A stretch of DNA of 64,000 nucleotides from an uncultured Verrucomicrobiae bacterium (GCA_963735805.1 CAVTMK010000003.1:320001-384000); one strand, 5' to 3'. Shown: positions 10,862 to 21,495, counted from the stretch's first letter. Notes: generated by a model from the letters alone, not told the origin. Numbers and translations: made by a program.

Positions 10862-11299
10862 TTATTTCGCTGCCGGCTCTTCCTTCATGTCCGAATGAAA
10901 GATGCCCACCCATTGTCCATTAGCCGTGTGCCAGACCGACCCAACGTTATAAGTCCCGGAGACGTCTTTACCGTCTACCGTCGCCTCGATCTTAGCCTTA
11001 TACGTAATGATGGCAGTCTTCTTATTCGGAAACACGACGTTGAAATCGCTTAAATCGAACGATTTCATGTCTGTCTTCGACATACCATCCACTTCTTGTT
11101 GCAGGCTGTGCATTCCGTCGGCATAAACGGTCACCAGGTCCGCGGAAAGAAGCTTCTTGAATTCGTCCGTCTTCTTGTCCTTGAAGGCCTGCCAGGCAGC
11201 TTTTTCCTTGGAGATAATCGCGTCCTTGTCGTCGGGCGCGGCGAATGAAATCGCGATGGTCGCGAGGAGCGCGGTTGTAATGTACGTAATCAGTTTCAT
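10862..11299 (-). CDS. Secreted NTF2-like (DUF4440) protein, paralog 2
   Basis: Start chosen at MKLITY (AAGGA RBS upstream); same 438-bp length as paralog 1. Confidence 0.85.
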   Translation of the reverse strand: MKLITYITTALLATIAISFAAPDDKDAIISKEKAAWQAFKDKKTDEFKKLLSADLVTVYADGMHSLQQEVDGMSKTDMKSFDLSDFNVVFPNKKTAIITYKAKIEATVDGKDVSGTYNVGSVWHTANGQWVGIFHSDMKEEPAAK

Positions 11300-11458
11300 G
11301 AGGTTGTTCCTTTTGTTGAGATTGAATTTGAAGATTAGCCTGCCGCGTCCAACCAGAGTCAAGGTTAATCAAAGGGATCGAAGCTAGCGGCTTACGAGTT
11401 GGCCCAAATGATACGGACATCGGGCCGCGATGTCCGGATGCTGCAGCGCGGCCTCTTC

Positions 11459-12655
11459 TCAGGGCACGATGGGCGCCGACTCGAGCGACACCCTCGGCGA
11501 AGGAGTAGACGCCTGTTGCGGCTGAGGAAACTTCGATTTGCCAACCAGATCCATCAGACTTGTATCCGCTTCCTTCAATTCCGCGTCCTGAACCACGAAT
11601 TCGTTCGGATCTAACTTGTTCTGTTTGCGATAATCCGCCACGAGCAGTGGCGGTTGTTTCCTGGTTCCCAAGGCGCGGTAACTCTCAATCCCGACGCCGA
11701 TCGCGTGGGCAAGCCTTGCGCGCCATTCTTTTTGGGCAATCAACTTACACTCTCCCTGTTCTGTGAGGAACCCGCCTTCAATCAGCACCGCCGGCACTTT
11801 TGTCAGACGCAGCACGGCAAAGCGCGCGCGCTTGATGCCCCGGTCGTACTCGGGAAGGTGACCGAGCAGCGAATGATAAATGCAAGCCGAAAGCGCCGTA
11901 CTTTGCGCATCTACGGAGCTGCCAGGTTGCGCGCTGAGAGCGCTGGGAGCCACTGCACTTTCAGAGGTGGATGGCGCTCCGCGTGGCGTAAACGAAAAAA
12001 TCTCGAAGCCCGTGGCGTTTGGATCATCATTGGTCGCATTGAAATGAATACTGACGAAAATCGAATCGCGCGCAGAATTAGCGATCTGCGCCCGCACTTC
12101 CAATGGCACAAAGTAATCGCCCTCGCGTGTCATGATCACGCGCAGTCCTTTTGCCTGTAACAGCGGGCGGAGTTTTCGCGCCACGTCGAGCGCGAAATCT
12201 TTTTCGTATCCGTAACGGCTCACCTGTCCCCGGTCGTAACCGCCATGTCCCGGATCCAGGACGACGGTCTGAACCTTGCCGGCATTTGGAACGCGATGCG
12301 GCCGCACCAGCGGCTCGATGGTTTTGGCCACGTCAGTGCGCGAAACCAGATATTTTCCATCGTGTTCGATCACCGGAAAGCACAGCCAACTGCGCGCCCC
12401 GTTGATCATGGCCTCGCGGCTTCCACTGACGAATTCCAGCGGATTCTTCACTGTGTCGGCTTCCCCTTTCTCACCGGAAGCGGCGATGCCCGCGGGCAAT
12501 CCGTAAAACTGCGCGACGTTTTCGACGCTTAGATAGTCGCTACCGCTTACCTTGATAATCTTCCAACCATCCGCAGCGAATGCTGCTGTTTGCAATATCG
12601 CAACGACACCGGCCAGGAACGCGACCGCGAACCATCGTTTCACCGGGAGGACCAT
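11459..12655 (-). CDS. N-acetylmuramoyl-L-alanine amidase (Amidase_3)
   Basis: VVLDPGHGG.D.G, EKD, SIHFNA and AVLIEGGF motifs; signal peptide. Confidence 0.93.
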   Translation of the reverse strand: MVLPVKRWFAVAFLAGVVAILQTAAFAADGWKIIKVSGSDYLSVENVAQFYGLPAGIAASGEKGEADTVKNPLEFVSGSREAMINGARSWLCFPVIEHDGKYLVSRTDVAKTIEPLVRPHRVPNAGKVQTVVLDPGHGGYDRGQVSRYGYEKDFALDVARKLRPLLQAKGLRVIMTREGDYFVPLEVRAQIANSARDSIFVSIHFNATNDDPNATGFEIFSFTPRGAPSTSESAVAPSALSAQPGSSVDAQSTALSACIYHSLLGHLPEYDRGIKRARFAVLRLTKVPAVLIEGGFLTEQGECKLIAQKEWRARLAHAIGVGIESYRALGTRKQPPLLVADYRKQNKLDPNEFVVQDAELKEADTSLMDLVGKSKFPQPQQASTPSPRVSLESAPIVP

Positions 12656-12836
12656 GCGTGCGCAATTGTATCGGAAACCTCGCCAATCTCAAGGAATGAC
12701 GACTTCACGCCGTTATGCTCGAATTTTGGACGGCCTGCCCGAGTTCACCTCGGCGAATCTGTCCTGTGGCGGAGCGACGTTCTTGTTCGTTGAAACTGGC
12801 AATTGACATACTGATTTTTCGCGTTAAAAACCGGAA

Positions 12837-13766
12837 ATGTTTTTGTCTCCCCAACGTACTACCGGTTTTCGGATCGTATCGCTCGTGATTGGGGCAACAC
12901 TTCTCTTGGCGATGCCCGCTCGCGCCGAGCATCGGCTCCCGAAATGTTGCGTTTGGCGGGTGACCAATGCGAAGGCGCCATTTTATCTTGTGGGCTCAAT
13001 CCATGCGCTGAGCAAAAATGATTATCCACTCCCAGGGCCGTACGAGATTGCGTTAAGAGACAGCAAACGTTTCCTCTTCGAATTTGATCCAAATCGACAT
13101 GTCGAATTCGAAAGGAAATTTGAAGCGGCCGGGAAATATCCGCCCGGACAAGATATACGCTCGAAAATTCATCCGGATCTCTTGGCGTGGCTCCGCGAAA
13201 ATATTTTCACCGTTCAAGCCGAGGCTCGCCGGGGCAAACGCGGACAGGTCGCGACCTTCGATAGCGAGTTTGCCTACAAACCCTGGTGGATCGCACAGCA
13301 CCTCGTCGGCCCGGTGACCTACACCAAGAGCTCGTTATCGCACGGTTTGGACAATTACTTCGTGGATCATGCCACAAGAACAAGAAAGGAAATCGCCGGG
13401 CTGGAATCAGTGGACGAGCACGTTGCCGTTATGGGCGGATTGTCTGATCGCGACAGCGAATTCATTCTGCGTGATGCCTTGGACGAGCCCAGGAATGCCG
13501 AAAAGGAATTCAACAGGATGCACAAAGCCTGGCGCAAAGGCGATACCGATGCGCTTTGGGCGGGTGACAGCCGGTTACGAACACGGGCTCCCTGGATCGC
13601 AGCGCGGCTTGTCGATAACCGTAACGTAAAATGGGTTCCACGAATCGAAGCGGAACTGAAGCGTGGCAAACCGACTGCGGTTGTCGCAGGCGCACTACAC
13701 TTTTCCGGTCCGAATAGCGTCATAAAATTGCTGGAGAAGCACGGATACACGATCGAACAGCTGTAG
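12837..13766 (+). CDS. TraB/GumN family protein
   Basis: YLVGSIH, GLESVDEH, RN..W and VAGALH.SGP motifs; signal peptide. Confidence 0.88.
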   Translation: MFLSPQRTTGFRIVSLVIGATLLLAMPARAEHRLPKCCVWRVTNAKAPFYLVGSIHALSKNDYPLPGPYEIALRDSKRFLFEFDPNRHVEFERKFEAAGKYPPGQDIRSKIHPDLLAWLRENIFTVQAEARRGKRGQVATFDSEFAYKPWWIAQHLVGPVTYTKSSLSHGLDNYFVDHATRTRKEIAGLESVDEHVAVMGGLSDRDSEFILRDALDEPRNAEKEFNRMHKAWRKGDTDALWAGDSRLRTRAPWIAARLVDNRNVKWVPRIEAELKRGKPTAVVAGALHFSGPNSVIKLLEKHGYTIEQL

Positions 13767-13789
13767 GGTGTAGCGAACGCCGCCCGGTC

Positions 13790-14989
13790 TCAGACCAGGG
13801 TCTTGTACAGCGCTCTCGTTTTTTGTGCGATTGACGTCCAGCTGAAATGTTCCTCCACACGTTTGCGACCGGTTTTGCCGAATTTTTCGCGCAATTGTCG
13901 ATCTTTCATTAACTGATTGATGCGCGCGGCGAGCGCCCGCGCAAATTTTTCAGGATCTGTCGGCTCGAACGAGCCTCCCTTTGTTTGTCCAAGCGGAACG
14001 AGGAATCCGGTTTCGCCCTCGACAACGACTTCTTTGATTCCGCCAACGGCGCTCGCAACCACCGCGGTTTCGCACGCCATTGCCTCAAGATTAATAATGC
14101 CGAACGGTTCATAGATCGACGGACAAACGAAAACGGCTGCGTGTGAGTAAAGTTCGCGGGTCGCCGCCTGGTCAACCATTTCATTGATCCAGATGACTCC
14201 CGGTCGCCGGGCTTTTGCGTGTTTCACCGCGGCCTTCATTTCTTCCCCCACTTCCGGCGTGTCCGGCGCGGCGGCGCACAGGACAATTTGGAAGCCGGGA
14301 TCCATAAACTGGATTGCGCGCAGAAGGTGCTGGACTCCTTTCTGGCGCGTGATCCGGCCGACAAACAGCAGATACGGTTTATCTGGATCGACTCCGTATC
14401 GTTTCAGCGCGGCGATGGAATCGACCTTCCGATATTGTTCCAGATCGATTCCGTTGTGAATCACGTGCACGTGCATGGGATCCACATCGAATAATCGCTC
14501 GATATCGCCTTTGGTCTCGCGAGAGACAGCAATGATCGCGTCCGCCATCTCCAACGCAGTCTTCTCAACCCAAAGCGAGAAATCGTAACCACCAGCGAGT
14601 TGCTCGCGCTTCCACGGTCGAAGCGGCTCCAGCGAGTGGACCGTAATCACGAGTGGAATGCCATAATTCTTTTTGGCAAGAATCCCGCCGAAATGGCTGT
14701 ACCAGGTGTGACAATGCACAAGATTGGCGTCGATATTCGTTGTGTTGAAGTCCGTGCAACGCCGCACTGCGCCGAAAACGGAGCGCAGCGGCTTCGGGCA
14801 GGTGAAATTGCTCGTGTCAACTTCGTAGCCAGTGACCTTGAGATTGCCTTGGTCAAGGCGCTGATCGCCAAAGCAACGAACCTCCACCGGCATCATTTTC
14901 GCCAGTTCGCGCGAAAGAAAGCCGACGTGAACGCCCGCGCCGCCATAAATGTGCGGCGGATACTCATTGGTAAGGAAAAGGACTTTCAA
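13790..14989 (-). CDS. glgA: GT4 glycogen synthase of the GlgA/GlgM (maltose-1-phosphate synthase) type
   Basis: EYPP.IYGGAGVHV, HSLEPLRPWK.EQL.GGY and YEPFGIINLEAMAC; TTG start. Confidence 0.9.
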   Translation of the reverse strand: MKVLFLTNEYPPHIYGGAGVHVGFLSRELAKMMPVEVRCFGDQRLDQGNLKVTGYEVDTSNFTCPKPLRSVFGAVRRCTDFNTTNIDANLVHCHTWYSHFGGILAKKNYGIPLVITVHSLEPLRPWKREQLAGGYDFSLWVEKTALEMADAIIAVSRETKGDIERLFDVDPMHVHVIHNGIDLEQYRKVDSIAALKRYGVDPDKPYLLFVGRITRQKGVQHLLRAIQFMDPGFQIVLCAAAPDTPEVGEEMKAAVKHAKARRPGVIWINEMVDQAATRELYSHAAVFVCPSIYEPFGIINLEAMACETAVVASAVGGIKEVVVEGETGFLVPLGQTKGGSFEPTDPEKFARALAARINQLMKDRQLREKFGKTGRKRVEEHFSWTSIAQKTRALYKTLV

Positions 14990-15102
14990 GCGGGAGGAAG
15001 AATTAAATGGCGAAGCGTGAATGTCGAATGACGAATTAATGGCGAAGTTCGAATAACAAACAGCCGCGCCCGAGATCGAGTCGCCTTCGCTTCGTTATTG
15101 GT

Positions 15103-15561
15103 TCATTGCTTTGTCGTTTGGGTTTCCGTCATTTCCTGGCTTTTCAGTTTCAACAACAACACCGGCACATCCACTTCGTGGCGTACCTTATCGACAGTTG
15201 CCCCGTAAAGTATGTCGCTGATGAAGCGGTGGCCGTGGGTTGTCATCGCAATCAGGTCGATGTCTTTTTCGCGGGCCAGTTTGATGATCTCGTCGGAAGG
15301 TTCGCCCAGCGCCAGGACGGCGTCGCACGAAAAACCCTCACCAGTCAACTCGCGAACTCGTTTTTCCAGATAGGCGCGGTCGTCTTTCATCTCCTGGCTC
15401 TCGGCCAGCTGGAGTTGATTGAAATTACGCGCCACCCACCCATCGGCCACATGGACAAGCAGCAACCTCGCGCCAGACATGCGCGCAAGCGGTCTGATGT
15501 GCATCAGGATGGTCTCATCCGCCGGGCTGTTTTCGAGTGGGATGAGAATGTGCTTATACAT
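15103..15561 (-). CDS. Universal stress protein (UspA family)
   Basis: YKHILIPL, LLHV, DLIAMTTHG and YG.TV.KV...V.VPVLL motifs. Confidence 0.92.
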   Translation of the reverse strand: MYKHILIPLENSPADETILMHIRPLARMSGARLLLVHVADGWVARNFNQLQLAESQEMKDDRAYLEKRVRELTGEGFSCDAVLALGEPSDEIIKLAREKDIDLIAMTTHGHRFISDILYGATVDKVRHEVDVPVLLLKLKSQEMTETQTTKQ

Positions 15562-15606
15562 GGCTTCGCTGCATCAAATCGTCCAACTCGAGCTTTGTCA
15601 TATTGT

Positions 15607-17010
15607 TTATCCGGGAGCTGGTAACTTAAGAAAATTGTAGAAGGCGTTGAGCACCGAGTCTGGCAAAAACGTATCCAGCAGGAGCTTCACATTCAGCACG
15701 ATGATAATGCCGGCAGTTGTCCAGCCGAGAATTTTTATCCATATACGGTTCGCGAACTCGCCCATTTTCGTCTTTTCATTCGTAAACCTCATCAGCGGCC
15801 AAACGGCGAAACCGAGTTGCATGCTTAAACAGACCTGACTGGCAATGAGCAGTTCCGTTGTTTTGCCTTCGCCGAAAACTCCTATTACGACTACTGCTGG
15901 AATGATGGCAATCAGTCGCGTGATCAACCGTCGCAACCACGGAGTGATCCGGAAGTTGAGAAATCCTTCCATGACGATCTGGCCGGCCAGCGTGCCGGTA
16001 AGAGTGGAGTTTTGACCGGACGCAAGCAGCGCTACCGCAAAAAGGACGCTGGCCACTCCGACACCCAGCAGCGGGCTAAGCAATCTGTACGCGTCCTGAA
16101 TTTCGGCTACCTCCTGGTGCCCGGACCAGTGGAAAGCTGCCGCCGCCAAGATCAGAATCGCAGCATTAATGAACAACGCCAGCATGAGCGCAGCGCTCGA
16201 ATCGATCGTGGCAAACTTGATCGCTTCCCGTCTACCCTGTGGCGTTTGCTCGAACTTGCGGGTCTGCACTATGGACGAGTGCAGATACAGATTATGCGGC
16301 ATCACCGTGGCGCCCAAAATCCCGATACTGACATAGAGCATCGCCTGGTTTGAGACGATGCGCGGGCCCGGAACAAATCCGAGCAGGATACCGGTCAGGC
16401 TCGGTTTGGAAAAGATCAGTTCGGCAGTGAAACAGCCACCAATAACAATAATCAGTGTGATGACAATCGCTTCGATGTAGCGAAAACCTTTGGTCTGCAG
16501 ATACAACACCAGGAGCACATCCGACGCGGTGATGAGGCAACCCCATAACAACGGGATGCCAAAAAGAAGTTGCAACCCGATCGCCGAGCCGACGACCTCG
16601 GCCAGATCGCATGCCGCGATCGCGATCTCGCAAAGAATCCACAGGAACCAGACGGTGGGTGTCGCGTAATGATCACGGCAGGCCTGCGCCAGATCCCGCC
16701 CCGTGGCTACGCCGAGCTTGATGCACAAATGCTGCAGCAGGATCGCCATTAGATTGGAGATCATGATCACAGCCAAAAGCGCGTAGCCGAACTGTGCGCC
16801 GCCGGCGAGATCGGTGGCCCAGTTGCCCGGGTCCATGTAGCCCACTGCGACCAGGAATCCGGGCCCAGTGAATGCCGCCAGCTTTCTCCAGAACGAAGGA
16901 GTCCCCGGGACGACGATGCTCCTGTGGACTTCGGGCAGTGAAACTTGGCCGGCGCTTCTGCGCCAGGCCGCCCCCGCCTGCTCCCTCGCCCTGTTGTTAG
17001 ATCTGTTCAC
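15607..17010 (-). CDS. mntH: Nramp divalent metal (Mn2+) transporter
   Basis: YMDPGNWATD and MPHNLYLHS motifs. Confidence 0.96.
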   Translation of the reverse strand: MNRSNNRAREQAGAAWRRSAGQVSLPEVHRSIVVPGTPSFWRKLAAFTGPGFLVAVGYMDPGNWATDLAGGAQFGYALLAVIMISNLMAILLQHLCIKLGVATGRDLAQACRDHYATPTVWFLWILCEIAIAACDLAEVVGSAIGLQLLFGIPLLWGCLITASDVLLVLYLQTKGFRYIEAIVITLIIVIGGCFTAELIFSKPSLTGILLGFVPGPRIVSNQAMLYVSIGILGATVMPHNLYLHSSIVQTRKFEQTPQGRREAIKFATIDSSAALMLALFINAAILILAAAAFHWSGHQEVAEIQDAYRLLSPLLGVGVASVLFAVALLASGQNSTLTGTLAGQIVMEGFLNFRITPWLRRLITRLIAIIPAVVVIGVFGEGKTTELLIASQVCLSMQLGFAVWPLMRFTNEKTKMGEFANRIWIKILGWTTAGIIIVLNVKLLLDTFLPDSVLNAFYNFLKLPAPG

Positions 17011-17032
17011 CGGTCTAGGTTTGTATCGAATC

Positions 17033-17046
17033 TTAGGCTAGCCAAA
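17033..17046. promoter_or_regulatory. Putative MntR/DtxR operator
   Basis: TTAGGCTAGCCAAA is one base from a perfect palindrome, resembles the DtxR-family box, and lies between mntH and mntR. Confidence 0.75.
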
Positions 17047-17095
17047 CTTATTTTTATCACATTATAATTTTATTCGTCTACAATTATTTATTTGT

Positions 17096-17124
17096 TTGAC
17101 TATCTGACTGTGAATTTCTATTTT
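17096..17124 (+). promoter_or_regulatory. Sigma70-like promoter of mntR
   Basis: TTGACT-17-TATTTT, 7 nt before ATG. Confidence 0.55.
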
Positions 17125-17131
17125 TCGAATC

Positions 17132-17572
17132 ATGCGGCGCAAAAACACTTCTAACTCGGCGCTGGGCAGTTCCACTGCGGTCGAGGATTATCTGGAACGC
17201 ATCCTCGAATTGATTAACTCAAAGGGTTATGCCCGCGTGGTTGACATCGCAGCCGCATTGAAGATTTCCCAGGCGAGCGTGACTAACATGGTCCAGAAAC
17301 TGGACGCCGAGGGCCTGCTAAAATACGAAAAATATCGCGGACTTATTTTGACCGCGGCAGGTAAGAGCCTGGCCCATAAGATTGCCCAACGGCACAAACT
17401 ACTGACTGATTTTCTCGGGCTGCTGGGCCTCGATGACCGCGTCATTTATCACGATGTCGAGGGAATGGAGCATTACATTAGTGCTCCTACTCTGCGCGCA
17501 ATTGAAGCTCTCACCGTTCAACTGCGGCGCCGACCGGCGTTGCTGGCGCAATTACAAGCAGGAATGGCGTAG
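17132..17572 (+). CDS. mntR: Manganese-responsive repressor (short DtxR/MntR type)
   Basis: EDYLE.I, ASVT.MVQKL, YEKYRG, RH.LL and DVEGMEH motifs; divergent from mntH. Confidence 0.92.
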   Translation: MRRKNTSNSALGSSTAVEDYLERILELINSKGYARVVDIAAALKISQASVTNMVQKLDAEGLLKYEKYRGLILTAAGKSLAHKIAQRHKLLTDFLGLLGLDDRVIYHDVEGMEHYISAPTLRAIEALTVQLRRRPALLAQLQAGMA

Positions 17573-17577
17573 CCGCC

Positions 17578-17991
17578 ATGAGAAAGAAAAAGATCTCATC
17601 GCGTGGGGCTGCAATTCCCGTGCGCGCGCTCGATTTCGTGATGTATAACACGAAAAACATCCGCCGATCTCGGGCTTTCTATCAGAAGCTTTTTGGTCTC
17701 AAGCGCGGGGAGGAGTGGAACGATTTCTGGAGTGAGTTTGCCACCGGATCGTTGACCCTCTGTCTCAACGGCACGGGACATAAACGTCATCCCGAATGGG
17801 ACTGGAGCGGGCCGGCGTGCGTCGCGTTAGCGGTAGATGACGTTCGCGCTGCGATCGCTGTCTGTCGCAAACGCCGGGTCAAAGTCCTCATCGAACCAGT
17901 TGAGACGAGCGTATGCTGGATGGCGTGGATTGCGGACCCGGATGGCAACCGGATTTGCCTGCATTCGCGCAAAGATGGTACGGCTGGATAG
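17578..17991 (+). CDS. VOC/glyoxalase family protein
   Basis: RAFYQKLFG, ALAVDDV and ADPDGNRI motifs. Confidence 0.85.
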   Translation: MRKKKISSRGAAIPVRALDFVMYNTKNIRRSRAFYQKLFGLKRGEEWNDFWSEFATGSLTLCLNGTGHKRHPEWDWSGPACVALAVDDVRAAIAVCRKRRVKVLIEPVETSVCWMAWIADPDGNRICLHSRKDGTAG

Positions 17992-17993
17992 AG

Positions 17994-19394
17994 CTACGTT
18001 TTGCCGGATATCGGCACCGTCTCTGCAGCGCTGGCGTTCAATTTCTTAAAATGAAGTTGATTTACACGGCGGCCGTCACTTTGAGAAACTGTAACGAGAT
18101 AGTTATCAATCTTGACCTCTTCGCCCTGCTTCGGAAGGTGACCAAGCAGATGGGTCACGTAACCGCCGATGGTGCTCACGTCCGCGCTTTCCAATTCGAG
18201 CTTCGCCAGCTCGTTCAACTCGTAAAGGCCTAGCGCACCGTCCACGGTGAATTCGTTTGCGTTGATTTTGCGGAACTCTTCCTTCTCGGAATCGAACTCG
18301 TCCTGGATGTCACCGACCAGCTCTTCGAGCACGTTCTCCAAGGTCACGATGCCGACCGTGCCGCCGAATTCATCCACCACCAGGGCCAGGTGCGCATGCT
18401 TGCTCAGGAATAATTTGAGCAACTTTTCCAATGGCATCATCTCGGGTACGGGAATCATATCGCGTTTGATCTTCAGCAGGTCCGGATGCTCCGCGCGCAT
18501 CAGCGTGATTAGTTCCTTGATGTGGATCAGACCGATCGTGTTATCGACTTTCTCACGACACAACGGAAACCGCGTGTGCCGGGACTCAATTGCCTTTTTG
18601 ATATTTGCCTCAAAACCGTCTTCCAGATCAAGGTAAACAATTTCTCCGCGCGGGGTCATGATGTCGCGGACCACGCGGTCACGAAGGTCGAGCACATTAA
18701 AGACAAGCTCGCGACCAAGAGGTGTGACCTCAGCGGATTTTTCGCTTTCTTGAACGATTAACCGCAGTTCTTCTTCACTGTGGGCCAGTTCTCCTTCAGC
18801 AATGGGCTCTACACGGATAACACGACGCAGCACCCAGTTACTGGCGGCATTTAGGAACCAAATCGCTGGTTTAAAGATCGCGTAAAACCATCGCAGCGGG
18901 GCGCTCACAAACAGTGCGGCAGCCATCGATTTGCGGATGGCGAGAATTTTCGGGGCCTGTTCCCCCAGAACGATATGCAGAAACGTGATGGCTGAAAATG
19001 CCAGCGCAAAGGAAATGGATTTGATTACCGGCACAGACTCGATTCCCGCATAAGCAAAAAATGGTTGAAGCATCCGCGCGAGGAAAGGTTCTCCAAGCCA
19101 ACCAAGTCCGAGGCTGGCCGCGGTAATCCCAACCTGACAGGCGGACAGATAAGCGTTCAGATTGTCCTTGATCTGTTTTACGACGGCTGCTCGTTTCACG
19201 CCTTCGTCTGTCAGCGTCTTGATTTGGCTGTCGCGAATTTTGACCAGCGCGAATTCGGCGACGACAAAGAACGCGTTAAGCATTACCAGCGCAACAACCG
19301 CTGCCAGCTTGACGATCACGAGTATCAACGGGTCCCAATGCCGTGCCACCACATCAGCAATGGGTGCCAGGAGGAATAATGAGGGGAAGTTCAT
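17994..19394 (-). CDS. Hemolysin-family CNNM/CBS/CorC protein
   Basis: [17 protein letters not shown], a CBS pair and VVDEFGGT.G. Confidence 0.93.
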   Translation of the reverse strand: MNFPSLFLLAPIADVVARHWDPLILVIVKLAAVVALVMLNAFFVVAEFALVKIRDSQIKTLTDEGVKRAAVVKQIKDNLNAYLSACQVGITAASLGLGWLGEPFLARMLQPFFAYAGIESVPVIKSISFALAFSAITFLHIVLGEQAPKILAIRKSMAAALFVSAPLRWFYAIFKPAIWFLNAASNWVLRRVIRVEPIAEGELAHSEEELRLIVQESEKSAEVTPLGRELVFNVLDLRDRVVRDIMTPRGEIVYLDLEDGFEANIKKAIESRHTRFPLCREKVDNTIGLIHIKELITLMRAEHPDLLKIKRDMIPVPEMMPLEKLLKLFLSKHAHLALVVDEFGGTVGIVTLENVLEELVGDIQDEFDSEKEEFRKINANEFTVDGALGLYELNELAKLELESADVSTIGGYVTHLLGHLPKQGEEVKIDNYLVTVSQSDGRRVNQLHFKKLNASAAETVPISGKT

Positions 19395-19406
19395 CCAGTG
19401 ATTCGC

Positions 19407-19460
19407 GTAGCAGCCGGCTTGTCGCCGGCCGATTCACGCGTCGCACAGCGACGCGTCTAC
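19407..19460. repeat. GTAG...CTAC REP doublet
   Basis: GTAG+GCCGGC hairpin, then ACGCGTCGC-aca-GCGACGCGT+CTAC; intergenic. Confidence 0.7.
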
Positions 19461-19470
19461 GTTAGAAAAT

Positions 19471-19740
19471 TTACCAGCTCGACTTGGTTACGCCAGGAAT
19501 CAAACCTTGCGAAGCCAATTCGCGGAAAGTCAAACGCGACAATTTAAACCGGCGAATAAAAGCGCGCCGGCGTCCGGTGACCTCGCAGCGGTTCACAACA
19601 CGCGTGGGACTGGCGTCGCGCGGCAATTGGCAAAGACCGGCATAGTCCTTTTTCGCCTTCAACTCTGCGCGTAGCGCAGCGTACTTCTTCACCGTCGCGC
19701 GTTTGCGTTGGTTGCGATTGATCCAGGCAGTCTTGGCCAT
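19471..19740 (-). CDS. rpsN: 30S ribosomal protein S14, 89-aa Zn-independent type
   Basis: [16 protein letters not shown]...SR..FRELA..G.IPGV.KSSW; TTGCAA-16-TATAAT promoter upstream. Confidence 0.96.
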   Translation of the reverse strand: MAKTAWINRNQRKRATVKKYAALRAELKAKKDYAGLCQLPRDASPTRVVNRCEVTGRRRAFIRRFKLSRLTFRELASQGLIPGVTKSSW

Positions 19741-19800
19741 AAAAGAGGCTGATTATAATGCCTGCGCCACAATTTGCAACAGACGCCACTTCCTGGCCGC

Positions 19801-20664
19801 TTACCCGAGGGCGCTTGTTCGTCGTCGTTGTTTGGTCAGGGCGTTGGTCGACCGCCGACCACTGGATGAAGAAGCATTCCGCTTCTGTTTGAGTGATTGC
19901 GTCCGGTTCAGGCTGTCCTGTAGAACCTTAACCAGGTCAACGACATTGGTCGGGGTCGGAGGAGCCGGCGCTTTCGCCGTGATCTCTTTATTCTGCGCTT
20001 TTTGTTCAATAATCTCCATCAAGGCCGTCCGGTATTCATCGCGATATTTTTCCGGTTCCCACGAGACGGCCATGCTCTCGATGAGGGCCTGCGCCATTTT
20101 TAATTCCTTGTCACTCACCGCCGTAGCCGAACCATTGTTCAATACCTCGGTGCTCAATATTTCGCTGGCAAAATGCATCAGCTCCAAAATCAAGAACAGG
20201 CCATCCGGTTTAACCGCGGCTAGATGCTCGCGGTTACTGATGACGACCTTGGCAATGCCGATTTTGCCGGTCCCGCTGAGCGCCTTATGCAAAACCGTGT
20301 AAGCCTTTTCTCCGCCCTTTTGAGGCTCGAGAAAATATGGTTTGTAGAAAAACTTTGGATCGACCTGCTCCAAATCCACGAAATCGGTGATGTCGATGGA
20401 ATGTGTCGACTCGATCCGCACCTTCTCGAAGTCCTCATCCTTAAGAACAACGTAACGGCCTCGCTCGAATTCGAAGCCTTTCACGATTTGGTCGGCTGGA
20501 ACTTCTTTTGAGTCTGCCTCAGCCACCTTTTTGTATCTGATCGGACTGAGATCACTGGAACGAAGCTGCCGGAAACTAATCTTTTCCTCGCGAGTGGCTG
20601 GATAAACCGCCACGGGAATATAAACCAGCCCAAAGCTGATACTGCCTTTCCAGGTAGGACGCAT
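19801..20664 (-). CDS. ku: Ku NHEJ DNA end-binding protein
   Basis: MRPTWKGSISFGLV.IPV, IVKGFE and Y.DEYR motifs; basic tail. Confidence 0.95.
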   Translation of the reverse strand: MRPTWKGSISFGLVYIPVAVYPATREEKISFRQLRSSDLSPIRYKKVAEADSKEVPADQIVKGFEFERGRYVVLKDEDFEKVRIESTHSIDITDFVDLEQVDPKFFYKPYFLEPQKGGEKAYTVLHKALSGTGKIGIAKVVISNREHLAAVKPDGLFLILELMHFASEILSTEVLNNGSATAVSDKELKMAQALIESMAVSWEPEKYRDEYRTALMEIIEQKAQNKEITAKAPAPPTPTNVVDLVKVLQDSLNRTQSLKQKRNASSSSGRRSTNALTKQRRRTSALG

Positions 20665-20780
20665 CGTAGGAAACCCTTTTTCCACAGTAGCTTGAGCGTG
20701 TCAACCTCCGAGCCTCCGATCCCAGCCCACAGGAATTTGTCTTGAAACTTCGGGAAACAGCCTGATGTTCATAGAAGCGC

Positions 20781-21065
20781 ATGAGCCTCATCGCCAGTTT
20801 CATGAATTTGGCAGGGCCGGACCTGATCGTCATCCTGCTGATTGTTCTGGTCTTGTTCGGAGCGAAGAAATTGCCGGAGCTTGCTCGCGGAATGGGCCAG
20901 GCAGTAAAAGAGTTTCAGAAAGCGAAGGACGAATTCAGCGACGAACTACATAAGGCTGGAAAGTCTGAGACTGAAACCGCCAAGTCCGAGATAAAACCGG
21001 CGCAATCGACTGTACCCCGAAGCGAGAGCCAGCCTGCAAGCGACGGGAAGCCTGATCAAGCGTAA
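20781..21065 (+). CDS. tatA: Twin-arginine translocase TatA/E subunit
   Basis: TM helix followed by LFGAKKLPELARGMG.A.KEF. Confidence 0.93.
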   Translation: MSLIASFMNLAGPDLIVILLIVLVLFGAKKLPELARGMGQAVKEFQKAKDEFSDELHKAGKSETETAKSEIKPAQSTVPRSESQPASDGKPDQA

Positions 21066-21193
21066 AGGGTCGCTCTTCCCTGATCAAAGCAACCAGTCCT
21101 CATTGCTTTCGAGGCCAATCGAAGAAATAAAGCGCGTCGGCCTCCTATGCGTTTGACCAATCGCGCGACTTACGGCAAGATCGCGGCTCGTTT

Positions 21194-21463
21194 ATGGGAG
21201 AACCTGATCTGCGCACTCGCATCAAAGAAATGCTTGTAAAAAATTTGATGTTGCAAGTTACTCCGGAACAGATCGGAGATGACCTTCCACTGTTCGGTGC
21301 CAACGGACTCGGGCTGGATTCAATCGACGCGCTCGAGCTGGTGGTAAGCATGGAAAAAACATTTGGAGTCGGCGTGCCAACCTCGGAGGTCGCTGGCAAA
21401 GCGCTGCAGACCGTAAACACAATCCACGATTACATTCTCGAAAAACAGAGCGCGGCTGCGTAG
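21194..21463 (+). CDS. Acyl carrier protein
   Basis: LGLDSIDALEL phosphopantetheine site. Confidence 0.92.
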   Translation: MGEPDLRTRIKEMLVKNLMLQVTPEQIGDDLPLFGANGLGLDSIDALELVVSMEKTFGVGVPTSEVAGKALQTVNTIHDYILEKQSAAA

Positions 21464-21495
21464 ATTACAGTGACGGCAGGCGTTGCCGATTTCAT

